Program-made: the position numbers and the translations under genes | Notes under the pieces: model-generated | What the model was told of the DNA's origin: nothing | What the model saw: the letters and a program-made list of their open reading frames with translations, nothing else | Databases searched by the model: none | DNA from: a bacterium | GTDB taxonomy: Bacteria; Zixibacteria; MSB-5A5; GN15; FEB-12 | NCBI GenBank assembly: GCA_043811375.1 | Contig: JBDRNJ010000028.1 | Coordinates: forward strand, 1-17,930 | Length of the DNA: 17,930 nucleotides | Direction: 5' to 3' | In this document: positions 7,959 to 16,948 of the stretch, in pieces | Layout: every line of letters starts with the position of its first letter | Numbering within the stretch: position 1 is the stretch's first letter

Positions 7959-8876
7959 ATGGCCGTATCATCCCCGGCCAAGATTGCCGCCAATCGGCGC
8001 AATGCGAAGAAGTCGACTGGTCCCAAGACCAAACGGGGCAAGGCGATTGTACGTTACAACGCCATGAAGCATGGCTTGTTGGCGAAAGAGGCAGTGATAA
8101 CCGTTGGTGACGGCAAGGAGAATGAAGCCGATTTCGGCAAGACCCTGCAGTCACTCGTCGACGATTTTCAGCCTGTCGGCCCAATGGAACAGATACTTGT
8201 GGAGCGCATTGCCGTCAGCTATTGGCGGTTGCGTCGCGCTCTCCGGGCCGAAACAGGGGCCATTCGTAATCAGCTCGATTCGTTTATCTGGACCAGCGCC
8301 CGGAAGGCCGAAAGTGACTTAAAGCACAACATGCGATTCTCAGATTTGCCTGAGTGTAGAGAGAGCATCATGACCGATCCAAAGGGACTCCAGCTGCTCA
8401 TAGATGAGTTGGAAGTGGTCAAGACTCAGATCGAAGAGGACGGTCACATTTCCGAGCACAGCATTGAACGGCTATTCGAGTTTTACGGTCGCACAGACTT
8501 GAACACAGGCAGCTTGCTGAACTACTACAATCGCTTAGCTGACAAAGTTGTCAACGGAGACTCCGGAGTTTCGCAAGTCGAGCCTTTGAATGAGGAAGAG
8601 CGCAAGCAGACACTGCTCGGTTTGGTGAAATGGGAAATATCCAGCCTCAAAAAGACTCTGAAACAAGCTGAGACCAAGGTTAAACTGGGACTCCAAGCTG
8701 AATCAATGGCTCTCAGCATTCCTGACGCCAACACCACCAATACCTGTCTCCGTTATGAGACCACCATCGAAAGGCAGCTGTACCGCGCCCTGAACCAGCT
8801 CGAACGCCTCCAGCGGGCTCGCAAGGGCGATGCTGTCCCCCCGCCAATCAACGTCGAGCTCTCAGCCTCGGCCTGA
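7959..8876 (+). CDS. Hypothetical protein with basic N-terminal motif ANRRNAKKSTGPKT...NAMKHGL (HGGxSTG-related; possibly small-terminase-like), 305 aa
   Basis: ATG at 7959 with GAGGGAG upstream (the ORF-track start at 7803 overlaps the previous gene). Conserved-looking blocks ILVERIAVSYWRLRRALRAE and RYETTIERQLYRALNQLERLQ. Confidence 0.75.
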   Translation: MAVSSPAKIAANRRNAKKSTGPKTKRGKAIVRYNAMKHGLLAKEAVITVGDGKENEADFGKTLQSLVDDFQPVGPMEQILVERIAVSYWRLRRALRAETGAIRNQLDSFIWTSARKAESDLKHNMRFSDLPECRESIMTDPKGLQLLIDELEVVKTQIEEDGHISEHSIERLFEFYGRTDLNTGSLLNYYNRLADKVVNGDSGVSQVEPLNEEERKQTLLGLVKWEISSLKKTLKQAETKVKLGLQAESMALSIPDANTTNTCLRYETTIERQLYRALNQLERLQRARKGDAVPPPINVELSASA

Positions 8877-9126
8877 TTCCCATTTCTGCGAAACAAAGCC
8901 AAACACCACCACTGAGGATAATGGCCCGTTGACACGCAGCGTTTGTTGGAGTTAAGTTCAGAAGGGCACCCAGACTTACTGGCCTGATTGGAGAGCGAGG
9001 AGCCTAAACAGCAGGTTCTTCCATGTGGTCGGGCCTTGGCCTTTAGGGGTGGTGGAGGTTTTGCATCGAACGCCGGTGATACTATTGGCGTCACCGTGCG
9101 AGAACACAGAGAATGGGGAATCGAGT

Positions 9127-9984
9127 ATGGCTCACGGCTCTATTAACGGCGCAAATCTCGGCTTCGAATCCGAACTCTGGCGAGCGGCCGACGCCTTACG
9201 GTCCAACATGGATGCCGCTGAGTATAAACACGTCGTGCTCGGTCTAATCTTCCTCAAGTACATCTCAGACGCTTTTGAAGAGCAGCATGCCAAGCTCGAA
9301 GCGGACCGTGCACAGGGAGCCGACCCGGAAGACCCCGACGAGTACCGGGCCATCAACATATTTTGGGTGCCCAAAGAGGCGCGCTGGTCCAAGCTCAAAT
9401 CCGAAGCCAAGCAGCCGACCATCGGCAAGGTCATCGATGACGCCATGCTCGCCATCGAACGCGATAACCCATCGCTCAAAGGTGTGCTGCCCAAGGACTA
9501 CGCCCACCCGCGCCTCGACAAGCAGAGGCTTGGTCAACTCATCGACATGATTGGCAACATAGGTCTGGGAGATAAGGCCAACCGCTCCAGGGATATTCTC
9601 GGCCGGGTCTACGAGTATTTTCTCTCTCAGTTCGCCAGCGCCGAGGGTAAGAAAGGCGGCCAGTTCTATACACCACGTTGCGTTGTCCGTGTTCTGGTCG
9701 AAATGCTTGCCCCTTACAAGGGGCGAGTCTATGACCCGTGCTGTGGCTCTGGCGGAATGTTTGTTCAGTCGGTTGAATTCGTTAAGGCCCACGCCAACGG
9801 CAATGGTAATGGAGGAAAAACAAAGGCCGATGTCAGCATCTTTGGCCAGGAATCGAACCATACCACTTGGCGGTTAGCTAAGATGAATCTCGCCATCCGG
9901 CAGATCGAGAATAACCTCGGTCTCAGTAACACATTTGGTCATTATCATAGGCACCCAGAAGCCCGATATAAGATACAACGCTAA
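9127..9984 (+). pseudogene. hsdM: Type I restriction-modification M subunit, C-terminally truncated (~285 aa)
   Basis: [31 protein letters not shown], the SAM-binding motif [11 protein letters not shown] and GQESN...MNLAIR are present. Similarity fades near 9920, and no NPPF motif, hsdS or hsdR follows. Confidence 0.88.
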
Positions 9985-10010
9985 TTTCAGTATCATTTAG
10001 GAAGTCCTCA

Positions 10011-11642
10011 ATGGACCGAGTCTCCAATCTGGAAGAAATACTCGACTTCGCTACCGGCATTGACCGAGTGAATACTCTTCTGGAGTTGGCCTCACTAATC
10101 GGAAAGTCTGCTCCCGACCGAGCCATCAGGCTCGTTGAGGAAGCTGTGGAGTTGGCCGGATCAGTCAACTACCCGCAGGCCAAGCCCAAGGCTTTTCTGT
10201 ATATGAGCTTAGCATACTGGGTAAAAGGGGATAGCGACAAGGCCATTGAGGTCGCGAATTCGGCCCTGCGCCTGTTTCAAGAGCTTGATGATCAACGAGG
10301 GGTTGGAGAGGCCTATCGTTCGATCGGGAGGAGTCTAAGCCGCATACATGAGCATGATAGGGCGCTGGAATCCCTATTCAAGGCGGTTGCAGCTTATGAA
10401 GCGATTGAGGATCAGAGCAATGTCGGTAAGACATTCAATGAGATTAGCTATGTCTATTGGGTTCGCAAGGAGTTCGAGAAGTCATTCGACTACTCGAATA
10501 GGGCACTTGAAGCGTTTCGTAACGTAGGTGACGAAAAGAACGCCGCAACGATCCTGGGTAATATGGGGGTACTTTATCTGGAAATTGAGCAGCTTGACAT
10601 GGCGCTTGAACATTGCATGCAAGCCAGGGCAATTTGGGACGACATGGGGGAGCTCGAGCATCTGAATGCGGTCCATGTCTTCATCAACCTGAGCAAGATC
10701 CTTCTTCTTAAAGGTGACTGCGAACAGTCCCTTAAGTACGGACACATGGCTGAGGGACTTAGTGAAGCGATAGACTTCAAAGAGGGCCTGGCACAAGCTC
10801 GTGGTAACATGGGATTGTCATACTTCCGCCTGAAAGACTATGCTAAGGCTGAGGAGCTTCTGAAGAGCTGCCTTGAGATTTCACGACAGATCAAGAATAC
10901 ATTCATAGAGCTTGAGGCCCTGAAGGATCTGGCGGTAGTAAGAAGGGCGCAACAGTCCTATGAAGCGGCTTTCGAGTATTTGGAGCAATATGACTCCATA
11001 AAGGACAAGCTGCACGATGAACGTCGAAGTGCCCTGATAGCTGAAATGGAAGCCAGATTTGAAAGCGAGAGAAACAGGAAAGAAGCCGAGATTTATCGCC
11101 TGAAGAATGTTGAGTTGGCAGGCGAAATAAAAGAACGTAAGAAAGTCGAGCGCGAACTCTCCAAGTACCAAAAGCAACTCCAAAGGCTCGTCGACGAGAG
11201 AACTCAAGAGCTCGAACAGGAAAGAACTGCTCTGGCACAAAAGAACATAGCCCTCAACCAGATTCTCGAACACCTTGAAACTAAACGTCAGAAGACAAAA
11301 CGTGAAGTATATCTCAATCTAGAGAAGTCTCTGCTGCCGTTCATGGACAAACTCGCCGATATATCTGACAAGCAGAATGCCCAGGTGATTGAGCATATGA
11401 GCATGACTCTTAGAGCCATTCTTGATCAGGACATGTCCGAGTTCAAGGACAAATACGCCAGGTTATCACCGCGAGAGATGCAGATCTGCATGCTCCTAAA
11501 AAAGGGGCTCACCTCAAAGCAAGTCGCAGATGCCCTTAGCATCTCACTTTACACAGTTAAGAATCACCGTGAGCAAATCCGCAAAAAGCTCGGTATCACT
11601 AATAAACACATCAATTTAGCTTCCTTTCTGAAGGCTCGGTAG
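10011..11642 (+). CDS. TPR-repeat protein with a coiled coil and C-terminal LuxR-type HTH, 543 aa
   Basis: Tandem ~40-aa TPR-like repeats (e.g. ATILGNMGVLY, AQARGNMGLSY); C-terminal LSPREMQICMLLKKGLTSKQVADALSISLYTVKNHREQIRKKL. Confidence 0.92.
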   Translation: MDRVSNLEEILDFATGIDRVNTLLELASLIGKSAPDRAIRLVEEAVELAGSVNYPQAKPKAFLYMSLAYWVKGDSDKAIEVANSALRLFQELDDQRGVGEAYRSIGRSLSRIHEHDRALESLFKAVAAYEAIEDQSNVGKTFNEISYVYWVRKEFEKSFDYSNRALEAFRNVGDEKNAATILGNMGVLYLEIEQLDMALEHCMQARAIWDDMGELEHLNAVHVFINLSKILLLKGDCEQSLKYGHMAEGLSEAIDFKEGLAQARGNMGLSYFRLKDYAKAEELLKSCLEISRQIKNTFIELEALKDLAVVRRAQQSYEAAFEYLEQYDSIKDKLHDERRSALIAEMEARFESERNRKEAEIYRLKNVELAGEIKERKKVERELSKYQKQLQRLVDERTQELEQERTALAQKNIALNQILEHLETKRQKTKREVYLNLEKSLLPFMDKLADISDKQNAQVIEHMSMTLRAILDQDMSEFKDKYARLSPREMQICMLLKKGLTSKQVADALSISLYTVKNHREQIRKKLGITNKHINLASFLKAR

Positions 11643-11651
11643 GCTCCTCGA

Positions 11652-11707
11652 CATAGGCACTCCTATAGGCACTTTTCGGTCCTTGTTGGATCTCGATCTA
11701 TGCCTAT
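11652..11707. promoter_or_regulatory. ATAGGCA(CT) direct and inverted repeats between the regulator and the large gene; candidate operator
   Basis: ATAGGCACT at 11653-11661 and 11665-11673; inverted TGCCTAT at 11701-11707; CATAGGCAC also at 9946-9954, upstream of the regulator. Confidence 0.5.
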
Positions 11708-11714
11708 CCTATAA

Positions 11715-14700
11715 ATGACGAATAGGATGGTCAACAGAAAGGTAAAGAACGTGTCTAGACAAAAAGCAACGCTATTGCAAGCTGCCGGCATTCTGCTGGT
11801 TTTCGCGATGTGCGCGACGGCATGGCCCGAGGACGTGAAACGCTCCTCCGTTCCGGGGATCGCTGTCTCGCCCAATGTTATCTTGGAACAAGATCGAATT
11901 GACGAGGCGCCGATCATCGAATCGGCTCCTACCCAAGCACCCTCCGAAGATCAAGCCGCGCCGGCTGATGAGGAAGGCGTGCGCGCTATGCAGGACGTAA
12001 TTACCGAAGCCCGGGAGACCGGGAAGCTCAAGAATCCATATGCGTCGGTTCTGGCTCCTAATCCGGTCGACGGCGCCAATGGAAGGACTATCTTTCTCTG
12101 GGAAACCTTCTTAGACTACAGCTTCGATCCGAGTTGGACGGTTATCAATACCAATACGGAAGGTGACAACTGGTATGTAGACACCTATTCCAACTATGAC
12201 CTTGACGGCTATGCCGCTCGCGTCAATGGTTGGATGGCTACCAGCCTTATGGATGAATGGTTGATTTCACCTGCGATGGACCTGACCAGCGCTGATCCGT
12301 CTTGCCTTCGCCTGGAGTTTGCCTGGGTAGGCTGGTCGCAGCTGGCTGTTTGGCCGTACGACAACTACGATCTGGAAGTCTGGATCTCGCTTGATGGTGG
12401 TGCCACCTGGGCGGCCAAGATTTGGGACGAGGAGACCAACGGACCGGAGACCTTTGATTACTGGGAATACGCGGTCATGGACATGTCGGCTTATGCCGGC
12501 GAGGCTAATATAGCTCTTGGTTTCCGTTACTACAGTGAGCTGGGGGGCGGTGATTGGGGTCTCTTTGATGCTATTAAGCTGCACGATTCACCTCCGCCGG
12601 TTGGTCGCTGCTGCTTTGCCGATGGGACCTGCGATGACATGATGGAAGCAGACTGCGATGCCGCAGGTGGCCATTGGAATGAGGAGCTGAATTGCACCGA
12701 CAATCCGTGTCAGCCCGGCGACAACTGTATCAACCCTATAGTTATCAGCCTCCCGGCTGCGTTACCATACGAAGATCTTGGACAGACAACCTGTGGTCGC
12801 GGCAATGACATCGAGGAGGGCACCCTTTGCGAGACATGGGGATACGGTCGAGACTACGACATGGTCTACGAACTTGTGCTGACGTCTGAGACAGACCTCA
12901 TAATAACTATGGATCCGAAAGGCAACAAGCAGGCTATCTTCCAGGTCGGCACGTCGTGTACACCGTCTGCCGGCGAGTGCTTGTTCTACGCCACTGGTGA
13001 TTGGACAGGATCCGCTCCTTTCAGTTCGGGGGTCCAACAACTTTCAGCAGGCACTTACTACCTCTTGATCGATGGCTATAAAGGCGCCTATGGGGACAGT
13101 ACGGCTTGCATGGAGGACTTCGATTTGTGGATAGAGATCCCACCGGATCTCGGTCCTGGAAGCACTTGCGAGGACCCAATCATCGTTGACATTGATGCCG
13201 CCCTCGCCGGCGGAGGTTATGTTGACACCAATACGACCTGCCTGCGCGGCAACAGCAATGATATGACCTGTCTGGGATGGCATGACTCCGGCGAGGATAT
13301 CTTCTATCAGCTTGATGTCACAAACGCAACTGATATAGATGTCACCGTCAATTCCTTTGGGGTTAACAATGTTGGCGTGCTGATAGCCACCGGATGCCCG
13401 GATGAACTCAACTGCTTGGACTACTATGCCAACACAGGTACCGGCGAGTCCAAGCTATTCTCGGTTCACTTGGAGCCGGGCTCGTATTACCTAATGATCG
13501 ACCGGTCTACCGATTGTCTGTTCGAGTTCGAGCTCTCTATTGACGAAGCCCAGCCTACGGCACCCGGCGACAACTGTGGAACTCCGATCGTTCTGAATTC
13601 CTCCACAGATTTCCCTTACAATGCCATTGAAACGACCTGTGGTCGTTACAACAACTACAATCAAACCTGTAATAACAGCTGGGACGATGGCGAGGATCTG
13701 GTCTATCAATTGAACATTGAATCGCCTATGCGGGTCGAAATCTCTTATGATCCGATGGGAACGTCGTACGTAGGACAGATTCTCACTGATCAGTGTCCTC
13801 CGCCCAGCGGTTGGGGTACCTGTCTGGTGACCACCTACAACTACGGAGCCGACCCAAAGAGCTTCCGGATTGATCTAGATCCGGGAACATACTACCTGTT
13901 GTTCGACAATCAGATTCCGTGGAGCGATCCCGACCAGACGTGTATCCCACAGATTGACATCAGTATCAGTGAATTCGAGTGTCCGGGGATTCCCAATGAC
14001 AACTGCGCCGACGTTACGCCGGTAGCAGTAGAATCCGGGGTCACGGTGACTCTGACTGGCGAGAACACGTGCGCTAGCAATGACTGTCCGGATCTCCCCT
14101 ATCTGGGTGTCGCCTGGGAAGCCTTCACGATCGATACACTGTCAGCAGTCACCATCGATTTCTGCGGCACTGCGCCGGCCTTCGAAGTTGTTGCAACGAC
14201 GATCTACACTGCTTGTCCGTGCGATGGTGGAGTCGAGTCTTACGAAGCGTCCACCTATGACTGGTATCTGTGTGATGGAAACATTTCGATGACGTTCGAC
14301 ATTCTGCCGGCCGGTACGTACTACATTCCGGTTGTATCCAACGATCCAAACTACAGTCCGATCAACTACTACTACGAGGGTCCTTACACCATCAACATCA
14401 GCGCCGAACCAACCTATTGGCACTACTGCGAGGCCACTTCGTCGGCGTGGTGTGATCAGTGGATCGAGAACTTCCAGTTCGCCAATATCAACAACAGTTC
14501 GGTCTGCGAACTCTATGGTGATTTCACCGACAAGGCAGCTTTTGTGCAACCGGGCGAGACATACGACATGAGCGTAACAATCGCCAACTCGTGGAGCTAC
14601 GAGGCCATTCGAGTGTGGGTCGACTGGAATCAGGATTGGGATTTTAGTGATCCGGGTGAACAGGTTTTCGAGTACTGGTGGTCCGGCCAGGTAACGCTGC

Positions 14701-16703
14701 CCGTAACAGTTCCAGCGGACGCTGCTCTGGGAGCAACTCGCCTGAGAGTTCGCTTCGATTCCGGAATGGAGCCCTATCCCTGTGGTAACAGCTGGGCGGG
14801 AGAGATCGAAGACTACACAGTCGATGTCGGCGGCAGCCCGCCTTCGTTGATAGTTGAACCTACCTCGATCGACTTCGGATCCGTCGAGGGAGGAACCACG
14901 GGGGGCACGACACTCAACCTTACAGTTGACGGCGACTACGAGATCCTGTATTGGACCGAAATCGCTTACGAAGGCACACCCGACTACCCTGGAATGCGCC
15001 AAGTCATAACCGACATGGGTAACACGCTACCCGACAAAGCTCCGTACTCCGGTCCGGAATACACCAATCCTTCGGGATCACCTAAACAGGGAGGCGATCA
15101 GATTGCTGATGCGTTCGTGATTCCCTCGGATACATACAGCACGACTGGAACGACAGACGGATATATCGACCACTACTACGAGGAGTGTCCTTACTGGAGT
15201 CCGGCAGCGCCAGATGTCGTCTACGCCTACACGGCTACTCAGGATAGATACTTGAATATCGATCTTTATGGTTCCTCGTACGACACTAAGCTCTTCGTTT
15301 TTGAGAACGATGAAAACACAGTAATCGCTTGCAACGACGACTTCTATGCCGACTATACCTCGGCCCTCTTCGACGTGGCTGTTTACGCCGGAAACACATA
15401 TTACATCGTGGTGGACGGTTACAGCGAAGCCGGCGACTACGTGTTCGACTTCTCCGCCGTGGAGCCTTCTGAGCCTATGGCCTGTCCTGACAACAGCATT
15501 CCCGAGCTCGAAGAATGCGGCGGAATAAGCAACAACGGCTGCAACATGCCGGAACCGGCATTTGAAACGGTGGAGTGTGGCGACACCATTTGCGGGACTC
15601 TGTTTGCTCAGGATAATTACAGAGATACGGACTTCTACACGGTAACGGTTGAGGACGCCGGCTGGCTTACCATCACTGGATGCGCCGAGCTACCGCTCGT
15701 GCTGGCCTTTGTGGCCTTCGATCCGATGGGCGTGGTTGATTGTGACAATGCTCTGTACCTTGAGCCCTGGGTTGCCGGCCTTCCGGGAGATACAATTTCT
15801 ACTCAGCTGAAAGTGGAGCCGGGAACTTACGCGGTCTTCGCAGCTCCCGCCGTATTTTACTATTATCGCTGCGGCGCACATAACAACTACTGGTTTACGG
15901 TGGACTGCAATCTCCCCACGCCATGGTTAAGCGTTTTGCCTGAGGAAGGGGTAATTCCCGGTGCCGGCACTTCCGAGCTGCAGGTCGGCTATGATGTTAG
16001 CGGATTGGATGAAGGCATACACAACGCCAACATTCTCATTACGCATACCGGTGCAGATCCCGGCAAGACGATCGACATAGTCCCGGTCACAATCGACGTT
16101 GGTCCCCCGCCGGTTCTCCATGTTGCAGATCCGGATACGCTGTCTGTCGTGATGAAGAACGCTGTCGGTGATGCCAAGATCGGAGCAGTCTATTTGAGTA
16201 AGTGGGTGATCGGGCAGGACGGCGATGTCAGTGACATAGCGAATCTGGCTATGACCTGCTCCGAAATCTCAGTTGACCTGACCACCGAGATTGTCCCGGT
16301 TGCCCCCGGCGGCATTATTGGCGATGCCCTCAAGGCTACATACGTAATTCCCGATCTAATCGTAGAGATTGAGTATCAACAGCCTGACAGTCTGATTTGG
16401 GGCGCGTTGGATTTGACCTATGAATTCACTTTTGAGGTCAATGGTGAGCCTGGAGCACATGCCGTCCCGGTGGTCCTCGGCGGTCATATCGCAGGGGACC
16501 TAAATGCTGACGGAGCAGTGGACATTGCCGACTTGATTCACATGGTCAACTACATGTTCAATGACGGGCCTGCCCCGGAAATCATGACAGCTGCGGATGT
16601 CACCGGTGACTGCATCGGACCAGACATTGCCGACCTGGTTCACTTGGTGAACTTCATGTTTAATGGTGGAGAAGAACTGATACATTGTCCTTCAGGTCAC
16701 TAA
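11715..16703 (+). CDS. Large secreted, acidic, Cys-rich multidomain protein with repeated beta domains, a GEVED domain and a C-terminal dockerin-like domain, 1662 aa
   Basis: Sec-type signal peptide (basic N-terminus, GILLVFAMCATA); cleaved-adhesin/choice-of-anchor-J-like domain (DEWLISP); ~140-aa repeats (GDNC..PI...G.D.VY...GTYYL.ID); GEVED-like block (VWVDWNQDWDF...TRLRV...GEIEDY, ~14610-14816); duplicated dockerin motifs GDLNADGAVDIADL and DVTGD..PDIADL (~16494-16670). The start could be 11715, 11727 or 11751. Confidence 0.9.
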   Translation: MTNRMVNRKVKNVSRQKATLLQAAGILLVFAMCATAWPEDVKRSSVPGIAVSPNVILEQDRIDEAPIIESAPTQAPSEDQAAPADEEGVRAMQDVITEARETGKLKNPYASVLAPNPVDGANGRTIFLWETFLDYSFDPSWTVINTNTEGDNWYVDTYSNYDLDGYAARVNGWMATSLMDEWLISPAMDLTSADPSCLRLEFAWVGWSQLAVWPYDNYDLEVWISLDGGATWAAKIWDEETNGPETFDYWEYAVMDMSAYAGEANIALGFRYYSELGGGDWGLFDAIKLHDSPPPVGRCCFADGTCDDMMEADCDAAGGHWNEELNCTDNPCQPGDNCINPIVISLPAALPYEDLGQTTCGRGNDIEEGTLCETWGYGRDYDMVYELVLTSETDLIITMDPKGNKQAIFQVGTSCTPSAGECLFYATGDWTGSAPFSSGVQQLSAGTYYLLIDGYKGAYGDSTACMEDFDLWIEIPPDLGPGSTCEDPIIVDIDAALAGGGYVDTNTTCLRGNSNDMTCLGWHDSGEDIFYQLDVTNATDIDVTVNSFGVNNVGVLIATGCPDELNCLDYYANTGTGESKLFSVHLEPGSYYLMIDRSTDCLFEFELSIDEAQPTAPGDNCGTPIVLNSSTDFPYNAIETTCGRYNNYNQTCNNSWDDGEDLVYQLNIESPMRVEISYDPMGTSYVGQILTDQCPPPSGWGTCLVTTYNYGADPKSFRIDLDPGTYYLLFDNQIPWSDPDQTCIPQIDISISEFECPGIPNDNCADVTPVAVESGVTVTLTGENTCASNDCPDLPYLGVAWEAFTIDTLSAVTIDFCGTAPAFEVVATTIYTACPCDGGVESYEASTYDWYLCDGNISMTFDILPAGTYYIPVVSNDPNYSPINYYYEGPYTINISAEPTYWHYCEATSSAWCDQWIENFQFANINNSSVCELYGDFTDKAAFVQPGETYDMSVTIANSWSYEAIRVWVDWNQDWDFSDPGEQVFEYWWSGQVTLPVTVPADAALGATRLRVRFDSGMEPYPCGNSWAGEIEDYTVDVGGSPPSLIVEPTSIDFGSVEGGTTGGTTLNLTVDGDYEILYWTEIAYEGTPDYPGMRQVITDMGNTLPDKAPYSGPEYTNPSGSPKQGGDQIADAFVIPSDTYSTTGTTDGYIDHYYEECPYWSPAAPDVVYAYTATQDRYLNIDLYGSSYDTKLFVFENDENTVIACNDDFYADYTSALFDVAVYAGNTYYIVVDGYSEAGDYVFDFSAVEPSEPMACPDNSIPELEECGGISNNGCNMPEPAFETVECGDTICGTLFAQDNYRDTDFYTVTVEDAGWLTITGCAELPLVLAFVAFDPMGVVDCDNALYLEPWVAGLPGDTISTQLKVEPGTYAVFAAPAVFYYYRCGAHNNYWFTVDCNLPTPWLSVLPEEGVIPGAGTSELQVGYDVSGLDEGIHNANILITHTGADPGKTIDIVPVTIDVGPPPVLHVADPDTLSVVMKNAVGDAKIGAVYLSKWVIGQDGDVSDIANLAMTCSEISVDLTTEIVPVAPGGIIGDALKATYVIPDLIVEIEYQQPDSLIWGALDLTYEFTFEVNGEPGAHAVPVVLGGHIAGDLNADGAVDIADLIHMVNYMFNDGPAPEIMTAADVTGDCIGPDIADLVHLVNFMFNGGEELIHCPSGH

Positions 16704-16811
16704 CTGAAGGGCCGACAGGCAAGAGAGCCGTGTCCGTTCTCTTGCCACCCAAATGGCTGCGAATCTCGTTCTACACTCAACCTTGGTACCACAACGTTGG
16801 GTAACGACGAT

Positions 16812-16847
16812 CGAGGGACTGCTTGATAGCGGTCCCTCGTTCTTTTT
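16812..16847 (+). terminator. Rho-independent terminator
   Basis: Stem CGAGGGACTGCT / AGCGGTCCCTCG (12 bp, one G-U), loop TGAT, followed by TTCTTTTT. Confidence 0.8.
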
Positions 16848-16948
16848 GAAGAGTGTCGCCGAAGCTACCGTGCTATGTGGCAAGCTGGAACCTTGCCGGG
16901 GGAGCTAACCCAAGCTGAACGCGAACTCGAAAGTCCTGTGTTTCGTAA

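Noticed and set aside
9025..9126. ORF-track N-terminal extension of hsdM
   Set aside because: HsdM similarity begins after ATG 9127, which has a purine-rich RBS-like sequence upstream.
9796..9816. NGNGNGG stretch in HsdM as a phase-variable repeat
   Set aside because: The codons differ (AAC GGC AAT GGT AAT GGA), so there is no perfect DNA tandem repeat to slip.
9920..10010. Frameshift that would continue hsdM
   Set aside because: No NPPF-like motif is visible in the forward frames, and the TPR-LuxR gene starts at 10011.
14142..15002. 286-aa minus-strand ORF and other antisense ORFs inside the large genes
   Set aside because: They lie wholly opposite well-supported CDSs and have no motifs.
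11715..16703. Large protein as a diversity-generating retroelement or shufflon target
   Set aside because: No reverse transcriptase or dedicated invertase is present, and I saw no near-identical DNA repeats; the repeats are diverged and visible only at the protein level.
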